Assembly: GCA_034521815.1 (NCBI GenBank)
Contig: JAXHLW010000013.1
Location: 64,001-128,000 of the forward strand
Direction of reading: 5' to 3'
Source: Trueperaceae bacterium
GTDB taxonomy: Bacteria > Deinococcota > Deinococci > Deinococcales > Trueperaceae
DNA length: 64,000 nt
The position numbers were made by a program, and so were the translations under genes. The notes under the pieces are model-generated. The model was not told the DNA's origin and searched no databases. It worked only from the letters and a program-made list of their open reading frames with translations. This document shows, in pieces, positions 45,497 to 55,945 of the stretch (the first letter of the stretch is position 1; every line of letters starts with the position of its first letter).

Positions 45497-46153
45497 ATGA
45501 CGATCGACTGTTCCGTTCGACCCTGGTTCCGGCGGCTTTCCGCCGTCGTCTTCGCTCTCGCCACGATGGCGTGGTGGGGGGCCGCCGTCGCGCAAGCCGA
45601 CGGCATCGTGTTCGACATCGAGATCCTTCGCGTGGACCTGGTCCGCGGCGAGGACGGCGACATCGTCGAGCGCTTCGTTCCCGTCGAGGAGGCCGTGCCC
45701 GGCGAGGTGATCGAGTACCGCGTCACCGCCGTGAACGAAGGCGACATCATCTACCGCCCCGGCACCGTCGTGGTGACCCTGCCGTTCGGCGAGGGCCTCG
45801 CCTACATCGAGGACAGCGCCACGCCCAGCTCGGACCGCGTGGTGACGGAGTTCACCGCCGACGGCGGCGCGTCGTACTCCGAGCCGCCGGTGTTGATCGC
45901 CGACACCGGGACGCCCGAGGCCGATTCCGACGCCGAGTCGGACCCGCCCGGTCCGCGCGACGACGATTCCACCGACGACGATTCCACCGCCGGCGATCAG
46001 GACGCCGGCGATCAGGACGACGGCGACGCTGCCGACGAGGCCGGCCAGAGAGCCGCGCGACCGGCGGAGTACGATGCGATCCGTTGGACGTTCTCGGTGC
46101 CGTTCGAGCCCGGGCAGGAAGAGCTGCTCGTCTACCGGGTCGAAGTGCTCTGA
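45497..46153 (+). CDS. Secreted DUF11-like hypothetical protein
   Basis: Signal peptide; PGEVIEYRVTAVN, YIEDSA, FTADGGASY, YDAIRW. Confidence 0.65.
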   Translation: MTIDCSVRPWFRRLSAVVFALATMAWWGAAVAQADGIVFDIEILRVDLVRGEDGDIVERFVPVEEAVPGEVIEYRVTAVNEGDIIYRPGTVVVTLPFGEGLAYIEDSATPSSDRVVTEFTADGGASYSEPPVLIADTGTPEADSDAESDPPGPRDDDSTDDDSTAGDQDAGDQDDGDAADEAGQRAARPAEYDAIRWTFSVPFEPGQEELLVYRVEVL

Positions 46154-46189
46154 TTCACCGCGGCCGCTGTGCGCCCGAAGCGCATCGCG

Positions 46190-46230
46190 ACGAGAAGGAC
46201 GACCGGCGACGTGCCGGTCGTCCTTCTCGT
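46190..46230. terminator. 18-bp perfect inverted repeat between convergent genes
   Basis: ACGAGAAGGACGACCGGC-GACGT-GCCGGTCGTCCTTCTCGT. Confidence 0.7.
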
Positions 46231-46357
46231 GTCCGTTGGGAGGGTGGCGACGCCAGGAGGTGCGCCTTTCCTCATCGCCAAGGTAGGACATCGGCCTGAG
46301 GCGCGCCTGTGACGACGGTGAGAGTCGTGAGGCCGGTCGGGCGATCGCGGATCGCGG

Positions 46358-48409
46358 TCAGTCGTCGCCCGTCCCGGCCGCCCGTTCCTGGTACTGCAGC
46401 TCGTACAGGCGACGGTAGTAGCCGTCTTGACGCAGGAGCTCGGCGTGGCTTCCCTGCTCGGTCAGCTTGCCCTTGCGCATCACCATGATCCGGTCGACGT
46501 TCTGGATCGTCGAGAGGCGGTGGGCGATGACGATGCTGGTGCGCCCCTGCATCAGCTTGGCGAGGGCGTCCTGGATCAGGTCCTCGGTCTCGGTGTCGAC
46601 GTTGGCGGTCGCCTCGTCGAGCACCAGCAGGATGTCGGGGTTCTGCACCAGCGCGCGCGCGAACGCCAGCAGCTGCTTCTGCCCGGTGCTGAAGCCGGCG
46701 CCTCGCTCCCGGACGGGCGTGTCGTAGCCGTGCTCGAGCTTCTCGATGAAGCCGTGCGCGTTCACGAACTTGGCGGCCTCGATCACCCGCTCCAGCGGGA
46801 TCGTGTCGTCGTCCAGCGTGATGTTGCTGCGGACCGTGCCCGAGAACAGGAACGGGTCTTGCAGCACGATGCCGACGTGGCGGCGCAGCTCGACCTGGTC
46901 GTAGTCCCGCACGTCCTTGCCGTCGATCCGTACGGCGCCCTGCTGGACGTCGTAGAAGCGACTGACCAGACTGATGATCGTGGTCTTGCCGGCGCCGGTG
47001 TGGCCCACGAACGCGACCGACTCGCCCGGGCGGATCGTGAAGTCCAGGTCGCGTAGCACCCAGTCGTCGCCGTCGTACGCGAACCGGACGTTCTCGAACG
47101 TCACCTCGCCCCGGAACGCCGTCTCGAACTTGTCGGGGTCGGGCTTGTTCGCGATCTGCTCGGGCGTGTCGAGAAGCCCGAAGATCCGCTCGCTGGAGGC
47201 CATCGCCGCCTGGATGATGTTGAACTTGTCCGACAGGTCCTGGAGCGGCCTGAAGAACATCTGCGCGTACTGCTGGAACGTGATCAGCACGCCGATGGTG
47301 ATCGCGTCCGCAGCGCCCGCGCCGAGCAGGTGGAACGAGGCGTACCAGAGGATCAGCGCGGTCGAGACGGCGCTCGCGACGTTCACCGACGGCCAGAACA
47401 GGCTGAACCAGCGGACCTGCTCGGCGTGCGCGTCGAGGAGCTGCAGGTTCAGGTGGTCGAACGCCTTCTGGTTGCGGACCTCGCGATTGAACAGCTGGAC
47501 GGTCTTGATGCCGCCCAGGTTCTCGGCCAGGTACGAGTTGGACTTGCTGGTGCGGAGCCGCACGCTGCGGTAGGCGTCGCGGAGTCGGAACCGGAGGAAC
47601 GTCAGCAACCAGAAAAGGAGCGGCATGACGGTCAGGGTGATGAGCGCCAGCCGCCAGTCGATCGTGAACATGTACACCATCAGGCCCACGAGGATGCCGA
47701 CGTCGGCGATGAGGCCGACCAGGCCGTCCGTCATCATCATCTGGATCGCATCGACGTCGCTGGTGATGCGCGTGATCAATCGTCCGACCGGCGTCCGGTC
47801 GAAGAAGCCCATGTGCAGACGCTGGATCTTGCCGAAGATCGCCTTGCGGATGTCGTAGACGATGTGCTGCCCCATCCACGCCACGATGTAGGTATAGCCG
47901 TAGCGCAGCACGAAGTTCACGAGCCCCAGGCCGATGTAGATGCCGACGATCAGCAGCAGTCCATCCAGGCGCTGGTCCGTGCTCAGCGACGCCCACGGCT
48001 GGCTCCCCGCGATCAGGTAGCGGTCGACGGCGCGTCCGATCAGGCTGGGGAAGATGGGCGCGATGGCGCTGTACCCCAGCAGCAGGGTGATGCCTGCCGC
48101 CAGTTGCAGGCGGTACGGCTTCAGGAACGCCAGCAGCCGGCGCATCAGCTCCCAGTCGAACGCCTTCTCCATCGCCAGGCCGTCCTCGTCGAACTTCCCT
48201 TCGTACCGGAGACCGTCGACGTACTGCTTGCGGTTGGCGCGGTAGGAGGCCTTGACCTGGTCGATGTGGTAGCTCGGGTCGTGCATGTCGGTCAGGTCGG
48301 CCGGGGGCGTGCGCGGGGACGGGTTCGGGGCCGTCTCGTTCGCGGACGGCTCGTCGCGTTTCGGATCGCGCGGATCGGAACCTTGCGGGTCGGAACCTTG
48401 GCGGCTCAT
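46358..48409 (-). CDS. Heterodimeric ABC exporter subunit (TmrA-like; TMD plus NBD)
   Basis: GHTGAGKTT, degenerate signature FSTGQ, canonical Walker B LDEATA, AHRLST. Confidence 0.92.
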   Translation of the reverse strand: MSRQGSDPQGSDPRDPKRDEPSANETAPNPSPRTPPADLTDMHDPSYHIDQVKASYRANRKQYVDGLRYEGKFDEDGLAMEKAFDWELMRRLLAFLKPYRLQLAAGITLLLGYSAIAPIFPSLIGRAVDRYLIAGSQPWASLSTDQRLDGLLLIVGIYIGLGLVNFVLRYGYTYIVAWMGQHIVYDIRKAIFGKIQRLHMGFFDRTPVGRLITRITSDVDAIQMMMTDGLVGLIADVGILVGLMVYMFTIDWRLALITLTVMPLLFWLLTFLRFRLRDAYRSVRLRTSKSNSYLAENLGGIKTVQLFNREVRNQKAFDHLNLQLLDAHAEQVRWFSLFWPSVNVASAVSTALILWYASFHLLGAGAADAITIGVLITFQQYAQMFFRPLQDLSDKFNIIQAAMASSERIFGLLDTPEQIANKPDPDKFETAFRGEVTFENVRFAYDGDDWVLRDLDFTIRPGESVAFVGHTGAGKTTIISLVSRFYDVQQGAVRIDGKDVRDYDQVELRRHVGIVLQDPFLFSGTVRSNITLDDDTIPLERVIEAAKFVNAHGFIEKLEHGYDTPVRERGAGFSTGQKQLLAFARALVQNPDILLVLDEATANVDTETEDLIQDALAKLMQGRTSIVIAHRLSTIQNVDRIMVMRKGKLTEQGSHAELLRQDGYYRRLYELQYQERAAGTGDD

Positions 48410-50175
48410 CGGGTCTCCAGGTCCTGCTCGAGCTGCTGCCGCCGGTCCATGTCGGCGTACCAGCCGTCGAGGGCGACGAGCTCGGCGTGGCTGCCCTCTT
48501 CGACGATCCGGCCGTCCTCGAGCACGAAGATGCGGTCGGTGGAGCGGAAGGCGCTGATGCGGTGGGCGACGATCAGGGTCGTGCGGTCCTGCTGCACGCG
48601 GTCCAGGCCGTCCAGGATGGCGGCTTCGGTCTGGGTGTCGACGGCGGACAGCGCGTCGTCCAGGATCAGGATGGCGGGCTCACGGATGAACGCCCTGGCC
48701 AGCGCGGTGCGCTGCCGCTGACCGCCCGACAGGGTGACGCCACGCTCGCCGAGGCGGGTCTCGTACCCCATCGGGAAGTCGATGACGTCCTCGTCGAGCT
48801 GCGCGAGCTTCGCGACCTCGCGGACGCGTGGCATCATCTCGTCCACGTCGGTCACGGGCAGGCCGTAGGCGATGTTCTCCGCGATCGTGTCGCTGAACAG
48901 GAACGGCTCCTGCGGCACCACGCCGATGAACCGCCGTAGCACCTCGACGGGGAACTCGCGGATGGGACGACCGTCGATGAAGATCTCGCCTTCGTCGGGG
49001 TCCATGATCCTTCCGATCAGGTTCACGATCAGGGTCTTGCCCGCGCCGGTACGTCCCGTCAGGCCGATCGTCTCGCCGTCGCGAACGTGGAACGACACGT
49101 GGTCCAGCGCGGTCAGCGGACCGTACCGAACGGTGACGTCACGGAACTCGATCTCGCCTCGCACCTCCCTGAGGCCGTAGTCGACCTCGGGACCGTCCTG
49201 GATGGTGGGCTCGGTGTCGAGGATCTCGCGCAGCCGCATCCAGCTGGTGGTGCCGCGCTGCACCATGTTCGCGATCCAGCCCAGCGCGATCAGCGGCCAC
49301 TGGATGCCGAGGAACAAGAAGATGAACGCGCTGAAGTCCCCGATCGTCATCGACCCGCCGGCGCCGAGCACCTGACGGCCACCGAGCAGCAGCAGCGCGC
49401 TGATCGTCAGGCCGAAGAACAGCTCCATCAGGGGGAAGAGAGGGCCGTCGATGCGCGTGAGCGCGAGGTTGCGTCGGATGAACTCGTCGTTCAGCCGCTC
49501 GAACGACGCTTCCTCGCGGTTCTCGATGCCGAAGCCCTTGACGACGCGGATGCCGGAGAAGTTCTCCTGCGCCATGGCGCTGACGTTGCTGAACTGCTCC
49601 TGCACGCGCTGGTAGCGACGATGGATGATGCGCAGCATCACGAAGAACGTGAGCGTGATGAACGGCACGACCAGCAGCGTCAGGAGCGTCAGGCCGACGC
49701 TCAGCGTCGCCATCCTGGCCAGCGTGAACAGCAGCAGCAGCGCGGTGTTCGTGCCCATGAACACGGCCACGCCGACGACCATGCGGACGGCGTTGAGGTC
49801 GGCCGTCAGGCGGGCCATCAGGTCGCCGACACGGTGGTCGTCGTAGTAGCCGGCGTCGAGATGCGTGAAGTGCCGGAACAGGTCGTGGCGGATGTCGAAC
49901 TGGATCTCCCACGACGCGTTCAGGATCGTGCGCCGAACCAGGATCATCGCGCCGGCGGCGAGAAGCATCACGCCCACCAGCAGCGCGATCGTCCGCAGCG
50001 CCGCGCCGTAGCTGCCGTCCACCGGGCCGCGCTCCAGCAGGTCGACGACACGGCCGATGAGGATGGGGGCGAACGTGGTGAGCGCGGCGAACGCCACGAG
50101 CAGGGACAGGCCGAGCAGGTACTGCACCGGGTAGTTGCGGGCGTAGCGGTAGAGGTCGCGGATCGTGCGTCTCAA
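48406..50175 (-). CDS. Heterodimeric ABC exporter subunit (TmrB-like; TMD plus NBD)
   Basis: GRTGAGKT, LSGGQ, degenerate Walker B LDDALS. Confidence 0.92.
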   Translation of the reverse strand: MRRTIRDLYRYARNYPVQYLLGLSLLVAFAALTTFAPILIGRVVDLLERGPVDGSYGAALRTIALLVGVMLLAAGAMILVRRTILNASWEIQFDIRHDLFRHFTHLDAGYYDDHRVGDLMARLTADLNAVRMVVGVAVFMGTNTALLLLFTLARMATLSVGLTLLTLLVVPFITLTFFVMLRIIHRRYQRVQEQFSNVSAMAQENFSGIRVVKGFGIENREEASFERLNDEFIRRNLALTRIDGPLFPLMELFFGLTISALLLLGGRQVLGAGGSMTIGDFSAFIFLFLGIQWPLIALGWIANMVQRGTTSWMRLREILDTEPTIQDGPEVDYGLREVRGEIEFRDVTVRYGPLTALDHVSFHVRDGETIGLTGRTGAGKTLIVNLIGRIMDPDEGEIFIDGRPIREFPVEVLRRFIGVVPQEPFLFSDTIAENIAYGLPVTDVDEMMPRVREVAKLAQLDEDVIDFPMGYETRLGERGVTLSGGQRQRTALARAFIREPAILILDDALSAVDTQTEAAILDGLDRVQQDRTTLIVAHRISAFRSTDRIFVLEDGRIVEEGSHAELVALDGWYADMDRRQQLEQDLETR

Positions 50176-50303
50176 AGGGTCTCCCTGAACCTACGATGGT
50201 GGCGTGAGCAGCGAGCGACCCACCGAACGAAACGAACGATCGGCGGGGCCCGATGAAAGCACCGAAGAATACACCCTGCCCCGCGCGGGCGCGTGGCCAG
50301 GCG

Positions 50304-52022
50304 CTACGGTCCGTCGACCTCGCGGTTGACGCGGACCTCGGCGTACGGGACGTCGTTGAGGAACAGCTCGAACATGACAGGACCGGGCGCCAGCGTGGGC
50401 CAGGTTCCTTCGATCACGTCGCCGCCACGAACCTCGCGCCGCGTCACGACCGCCGTGTCGCCGCCGGCGGTGCGGGCGCGGATCTCGGCCGACTGGGCCG
50501 GGATGCCCGGCTCGACCAGGAACCGGTAGGGAACCCAGCGAAGCCTGGGCGCGAGAATCCGCGCTTCGGGCGTGGGCAGCGGCAGCCGCACCGGCCTGGC
50601 GTTGACGAAAAGGCGGACCGGGCCGCCTGCACGGCTTCCGGGGGGCGGATCCTGAAGCACGACCGCCTCGGGGAGGGCGCGATCGACGGTGCGAGCGACC
50701 GTGGCGCCACGTCCGGCCTGGGACAGGATCGTCCGGGCCCGATCCAAAGAGAGGCCGACGACGTCGGGCACGGCCGGGGCGTCCGTGGCTCCGGCGTCGG
50801 CTCCGCTGCCGCCCGGATCGGAGACGAGCAGGCGGAGGGTGGCGTCGTTCACGCGGAACGGTCGCCAGGCGACGGGCGTCATGCCGACCACCTGTCCGGC
50901 GGGCGCGCCTGTAACGGTGACGGCGTCCACCAGCACGCGGTCCGCCGGGAGGCCGGCGAGGCGCGCCAGCTCTCGCGCATCGGCGACGTCGCTGCCGACC
51001 AGATCGGGGAGGAAGCTGAGCTCTGGGCGCGGACCGTCGCTGACGAGCACGTGAACCTCGTCGCCCGGCTCGCTCCGTGCGCCCGGCGAGGGTCGCTGCG
51101 CCAGCACCGTGCCGATGGGCAGGCGTGCTGGTACCCGAGCGACGTCGCCCAGGACCAGATCGCTGGCGGTGAGCCGGCGCGCCGCATCGTCCGCCGTCGC
51201 GCCCGCGAGGGAGGGCGTCTCGACCGTCGCCGCCCCGTCTTGGGGAAGCACGTAGCTCAGTCGTACCGTGCGCCCCGGTCTGAGGGCCACCCCCGCGGCC
51301 GGATCGGTCGCGACGACGGTGCCGGCGGGTCCCCCGGACGCCACGGTCCGCGCGGTGACGACGAGGCCGAGGTCGTGCAGGGACTCGGCGCCGACCTGAG
51401 CAGGAAGGCCCGTCACGTCGGGCACCGAGACGACGACGGCGTTGGCGTCCCGGGTCCAGCCGACGAGGAGAAGCGCGAACGCCGCGAGAAGCACCAGAAG
51501 GCCCGTGAGCCAGGTACGCGCCGAGGTCGACAGCGACGGTAGCGAGGCGCGACGGAGCCCTCGCCGGAACGACGGAGCGGGGGAGGCCGTGGGGTCCGAG
51601 GTGTCGCCGAGGCCCCCTGCGCTCCCGGGTTCGGGCTCGTCCCAGTCGAGTCCCGCCAGCACGGTCGCTCGTCCGCGCCGGCGAATGTCGGCGCTCGCCG
51701 GATCGAGTCCGTGCACGGCGAGGCGCTCGCGCCAGTCGGCGTCCAATGCGGCGGGAGCCGCCTCGTCGGCGTCCTCCCAGACCGCATAGCGTGCGCCGGG
51801 ACGCGACACGACCTCGCGGAGCAAGACGTCCGGCTCCCGGCCCAGCCGGCGAAGCGTGCGGCGGTACCGTTCGAACGCAGCCTCGGCGTCGGTGGGGACG
51901 TCGTACCAGACCAGGCGGACCGGGCGGCCGTCCGGATCGGTGGCGTGCACCAGCGTTCGACCGTCGGCGAGCGGTCGCTGGTCCAGGATCTCGTAGGTTC
52001 CGTCGATCAGGGGCACGTGCAC
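50304..52022 (-). CDS. PASTA-domain membrane protein with degenerate kinase-like N-terminus
   Basis: One TM; about four PASTA repeats (VPDVTG, TPSLAG, LPDLVG, VPDVVG); no intact kinase motifs. Confidence 0.8.
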   Translation of the reverse strand: MHVPLIDGTYEILDQRPLADGRTLVHATDPDGRPVRLVWYDVPTDAEAAFERYRRTLRRLGREPDVLLREVVSRPGARYAVWEDADEAAPAALDADWRERLAVHGLDPASADIRRRGRATVLAGLDWDEPEPGSAGGLGDTSDPTASPAPSFRRGLRRASLPSLSTSARTWLTGLLVLLAAFALLLVGWTRDANAVVVSVPDVTGLPAQVGAESLHDLGLVVTARTVASGGPAGTVVATDPAAGVALRPGRTVRLSYVLPQDGAATVETPSLAGATADDAARRLTASDLVLGDVARVPARLPIGTVLAQRPSPGARSEPGDEVHVLVSDGPRPELSFLPDLVGSDVADARELARLAGLPADRVLVDAVTVTGAPAGQVVGMTPVAWRPFRVNDATLRLLVSDPGGSGADAGATDAPAVPDVVGLSLDRARTILSQAGRGATVARTVDRALPEAVVLQDPPPGSRAGGPVRLFVNARPVRLPLPTPEARILAPRLRWVPYRFLVEPGIPAQSAEIRARTAGGDTAVVTRREVRGGDVIEGTWPTLAPGPVMFELFLNDVPYAEVRVNREVDGP

Positions 52023-52157
52023 CGCCTCCCGGAACGATACCGCGCCGCCCAGACGCGTGCGCGACGCCGTCGAAGGCGTCGCGCACGCGTCCGTCGCGCA
52101 TCCTGCGTCACCGTCGCCGCGAGCGCCTGGGCACCCTCAGCGCCCGGCGCCGACGCG

Positions 52158-54170
52158 TCAGTCGCCGGCGTCCGGCGCAGGACGGTGTGGCATCGTGGGC
52201 GCGGACCGGTCGGGGCGGTCCTCCTTCTCGCGAGTCCGCTCGCCGTCCTCGGCGGTGGCCTCGTCGCCGGCGCTCGCCTCTTCCTGCTCCTCCTCGTCGT
52301 CGTCGTCCTTCGACGCCTCGCGGACGAGCCAGTCGACGATCTCCTCGGTCGGTTCTCCGGCTTCGGAGCGCCGATACGCTTCGTGGATCAGTCGGCCGTC
52401 GATCGTCTCGCGCCGAAGCAGCGCTTCGGCGACGGCTTCGACGGCGGGCCAGTGCTCCTCGACCAGCTGCTCGCAGGCGCGGTAGCTGGACTTGAGCACC
52501 TCGGCGACCTGCTCCTCGAGCTCGCGGGCGGTCTCTTCGCTGAAGTCCTTGCGGCGCGAGATCTCGCCGCCCAGGAAGATCGGACCCTGGTCGGATCCCC
52601 ACGCCACGTACTCGGAGTCGCCCATCCCCAGGTCCAGGATCATCTGCTTCGCCATGGTCGTCGCCTGTTTCAGGTCGTTGCTCGCGCCCGAGCTCAGCGT
52701 GCCGGTCGCGTGCTTCTCGGCGACGCGCCCACCGAACGCGACGACGAGCTGCGCCTTGAACCGCTCCACGCTGTAGAACATCTCTTCCTTGGCGAGCGGC
52801 GCCATGAAGCCGCCCGCGCCTCCCCTGGGCATGATCGTGACCTTGCGGATCTGCCCGAGCGTCTCCTGAGCCGCGAACGCCACGGCGTGCCCCGCCTCGT
52901 GGTAGGCGAGGATCCTGCGCTCCTCGGGCGTGGGGACCAGGCTTCCGCGCCGCAAGCCCAGCGTGATCCGGTCCAACGCCTCGTTGAAGTCGGTCCAGGT
53001 GATCGACTGGCGGTCGCTTCGCGCCGCGACCAGCGCAGCCTCGTTGGTGAGGTTCTCGAGGTCCGCGCCCGAGAACATCGGCGTCGCCTCGGCCAGGCGA
53101 CGCAGGTCGACGTCGCCGACCGGCTTGTTGCGGACGTGCACGCCCAGGATCTCCTCGCGTTCCCGCATCGTGGGAAGGCCGATCGTCACCTGGCGGTCGA
53201 ACCGGCCCGGCCGCAACAGGGCGGGGTCGAGGATGTCGGGACGGTTGGTCGCGGCGATGATGATCACGGACGTGTCCTGCTCGAAGCCGTCCATCTCGGA
53301 CAGGATCTGGTTCAAGGTCTGCTCGCGCTCGTCGTGGCCGCCGCCGATTCCGGCGCCACGACGCCGCCCGATCGAGTCCAGCTCGTCGATGAAGATGATC
53401 GCGGGGCTGGACTTGCGCGCCTCCTCGAACAGGTTGCGGACGCGGCTCGCGCCGACGCCGACGAACATCTCCATGAACTCCGATGCGGAGACCGTCAGGA
53501 ACGGGACGCCGGCCTCGCCGGCCACCGCCCGCGCGAGCAGCGTCTTGCCCGTGCCGGGAGGTCCGACGAGCAGCATGCCCTTGGGAATCTCGGCCCCGAT
53601 GCGCAGGTACTTCTGCGGGTTCTTGAGGAAGTCGACGACCTCGAGGAGCTCCTCCTTGGCCTCCTTGTGGCCGGCCACGTCGTCGAACGAGGTCTTGACC
53701 TTGTTCTCGCGGCCGTACGTCTTGGCCTTGGACTGCCCGAACTGCATCACCTGGTTCGGTCCGCCCTGAGCGCGCATGAACACGAACCAGAAGAACGCGA
53801 TCAGGATGACGATCGGGAGCACCGAGACCAGGAAGCCGATCCACTGGGGCGGGTTTCGGACGGTCACCTCGGGAACCTGCTGCTGGAGATCCTGCAAGAG
53901 CGAGTCGGTGATGATCGCCGTGGTGCTGAACCGCTCGATCGTGCGGGCCTGGCCGTCGATCGTGACCTGGCTGGGGCCGGTGAGCGCGCCTTGGATGTCG
54001 CCGTTGGAGCGCTCGATGGTGACCTCGGCGACGCGTCCGTCCTCGACGAGCTGCCGGAAGGTGGTGAGGTTGATCTCGCTGCTACCGCCGCCAGCGTTGA
54101 ACTGGTTGAACACGAAGATGCTCAGGATGATGAGCATCACGATCAGCCAGGGATTGAATGAGCGTTTCAA
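52158..54170 (-). CDS. ftsH: ATP-dependent zinc metalloprotease FtsH
   Basis: Two TM, GPPGTGKT, FIDELD, ATNRPD.LDPALLRPGRFD, HEAGH, GASNDL. Confidence 0.97.
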   Translation of the reverse strand: MKRSFNPWLIVMLIILSIFVFNQFNAGGGSSEINLTTFRQLVEDGRVAEVTIERSNGDIQGALTGPSQVTIDGQARTIERFSTTAIITDSLLQDLQQQVPEVTVRNPPQWIGFLVSVLPIVILIAFFWFVFMRAQGGPNQVMQFGQSKAKTYGRENKVKTSFDDVAGHKEAKEELLEVVDFLKNPQKYLRIGAEIPKGMLLVGPPGTGKTLLARAVAGEAGVPFLTVSASEFMEMFVGVGASRVRNLFEEARKSSPAIIFIDELDSIGRRRGAGIGGGHDEREQTLNQILSEMDGFEQDTSVIIIAATNRPDILDPALLRPGRFDRQVTIGLPTMREREEILGVHVRNKPVGDVDLRRLAEATPMFSGADLENLTNEAALVAARSDRQSITWTDFNEALDRITLGLRRGSLVPTPEERRILAYHEAGHAVAFAAQETLGQIRKVTIMPRGGAGGFMAPLAKEEMFYSVERFKAQLVVAFGGRVAEKHATGTLSSGASNDLKQATTMAKQMILDLGMGDSEYVAWGSDQGPIFLGGEISRRKDFSEETARELEEQVAEVLKSSYRACEQLVEEHWPAVEAVAEALLRRETIDGRLIHEAYRRSEAGEPTEEIVDWLVREASKDDDDEEEQEEASAGDEATAEDGERTREKEDRPDRSAPTMPHRPAPDAGD

Positions 54171-54459
54171 CGGATCCTCCAGGTTCGCGTCATGGGGGTA
54201 CGGCGCGATGAGTACGGCGCGGTCGGTACGCTACGCCTCGAGTGCTGCCCGATGGGCGCTGCGCAATGGCCACGACAGCGACGTTCGCGCGCGCACGGTC
54301 CGGGCACGATAGCACCCCCCCCGGACCCCGGGCTGTAACCCGAGGGACCATGATCTTGCACCGTCCTGCACGTGAGAACGGCGGTCCGCGGCTCACGCCG
54401 TTCTCACCCTCTGTCCGGCCCTGGTCCGAGCGAGCTCCGCCGGCCCGGTCTCGGTCCCC

Positions 54460-54525
54460 TCAGAAGCGGCGCCTCAGAAGCGGCGCGTCAGAAGCGGCGC
54501 GTCAGAAGCGGCGCGTCAGAAGCGG
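54460..54525. repeat. 14-bp tandem repeat (TCAGAAGCGGCGCG) x4.7 overlapping the glgC stop codon
   Basis: Units start at 54460, 54474, 54488, 54502 and 54516 (partial). Confidence 0.92.
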
Positions 54526-55763
54526 TAGGACTTCGGAACGGCGGTGACGCCCGACTCGGTCACGGTGAAGCCCCGAGCCCGATCCTCGTCGGCGTCCACG
54601 CCGACGGTCGTCCCGTCGGGGATCTCGACGTTCTTGTCCAGGATGGCGTTACGGATCACGCAGTCGCGACCCACGACGACAGCGTCCAGCAGGACCGAGC
54701 GCTCGACCAGCGAGTAGCTGTTCACGCGGGCACGACGCGACAGGACCGACTGGCGCACGGTGCCGCCCGAGACGATCACCCCGCCGGCCAGAGAGCTGTT
54801 GAACGCTTGGCCACGGCGCTCGCCGTCCTCGTGCACGAACTTGGCGGGCGGCGAGTACTCCGACGAGGTCCGCAGCGGCCACTCGTCGTTGTAGAGGTCG
54901 AACTCCGGCTGGACCGCGACGAGGTCCATGTTGGCCTCGTGGTAGCTGTCCAGCGTTCCCACGTCGCGCCAGTACGTGTTGGGCCCGTCCTGGCCAGGAA
55001 TCGGGTTGCGGGCGAAGTCGTACGCCAGCAGCTTCCGTCCTTTGGCCAGCGCGTCGGGCAGCACGTTCTTGCCGAAGTCGTGCTCGCTGGCGGGGTCGGC
55101 GGCGTCCGCGGTCAGCATCTCGAACAGCGCGTCCCGACTGAAGATGTAGTTCCCCATCGACGCCAGCGCCCGCGTCGGATCGCCGGGGATCGGATTCGGC
55201 TGCGCGGGCTTCTCCTGGAACTCGGTGATATGGAAGTCGTCGTCGACCTGGAGCACGCCGAAGCGGGTCGCGTCCTCGACCGGCGTCGGGTACGCCGCGA
55301 CCGTGACGTCGGCGCCCTTCTCGAGGTGGTAGTCGATCATGTGGCTGATGTCCATCTTGTAGATGTGGTCGCCCGAGAAGATCGCGACCAGGTCCGCGAC
55401 GTTGTTGTCGATCAGGTGCAGGTTCTGGTAGATCGCGTCGGCGGTGCCGCGGTACCACTCGGCGCCGAGCTCCTCGTACAGGTACATCTGCGCAGGCGCG
55501 AGGGTGATGAAGTAGTCGGAGAGCACCCCCCCGAAGCGCCAGTTGCGCTGGATGTGCTCGGTCAGCGACTGCGCCTTGAACTGGGTGAGCACGTACATCC
55601 CGAAGATGCCGGAGTTGATCATGTTGTTCAGCGCGAAGTCGATGATGCGGTACTTGCTGCCGAACGGTACCGCGGGCTTGGTGCGCTTCCAGGTGAGCGG
55701 ATGAAGGCGTGTGCCTTTCCCGCCGGCGAGCACCATGCCCACCGTCTTGATCCTCTTCGCCAT
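54516..55763 (-). CDS. glgC: Glucose-1-phosphate adenylyltransferase
   Basis: [49 protein letters not shown]. Confidence 0.97.
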   Translation of the reverse strand: MAKRIKTVGMVLAGGKGTRLHPLTWKRTKPAVPFGSKYRIIDFALNNMINSGIFGMYVLTQFKAQSLTEHIQRNWRFGGVLSDYFITLAPAQMYLYEELGAEWYRGTADAIYQNLHLIDNNVADLVAIFSGDHIYKMDISHMIDYHLEKGADVTVAAYPTPVEDATRFGVLQVDDDFHITEFQEKPAQPNPIPGDPTRALASMGNYIFSRDALFEMLTADAADPASEHDFGKNVLPDALAKGRKLLAYDFARNPIPGQDGPNTYWRDVGTLDSYHEANMDLVAVQPEFDLYNDEWPLRTSSEYSPPAKFVHEDGERRGQAFNSSLAGGVIVSGGTVRQSVLSRRARVNSYSLVERSVLLDAVVVGRDCVIRNAILDKNVEIPDGTTVGVDADEDRARGFTVTESGVTAVPKSYRF

Positions 55764-55945
55764 GGTGTGGTCGCCTCCTCGAGAGGTGCCTGAGACGTCG
55801 GCGAGCCGCAGACGTCAGCGTGCCGTCGGATGAGCGCATGGTAGCGCGTCGGCCGTCCGCCCGCTACGGGATCGCCGGGCGCGCGGAGGCCGACACCGTG
55901 ACACCGCCCGCGGAGACCGCCCGCGGCCCCGGGTAGCGTGCCGGG

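Noticed and set aside
46358-50175. Degenerate ABC motifs (FSTGQ; Walker B Asp in place of Glu) as signs of inactivation
   Set aside because: This is the normal asymmetric consensus/degenerate site arrangement of heterodimeric exporters such as TmrAB.
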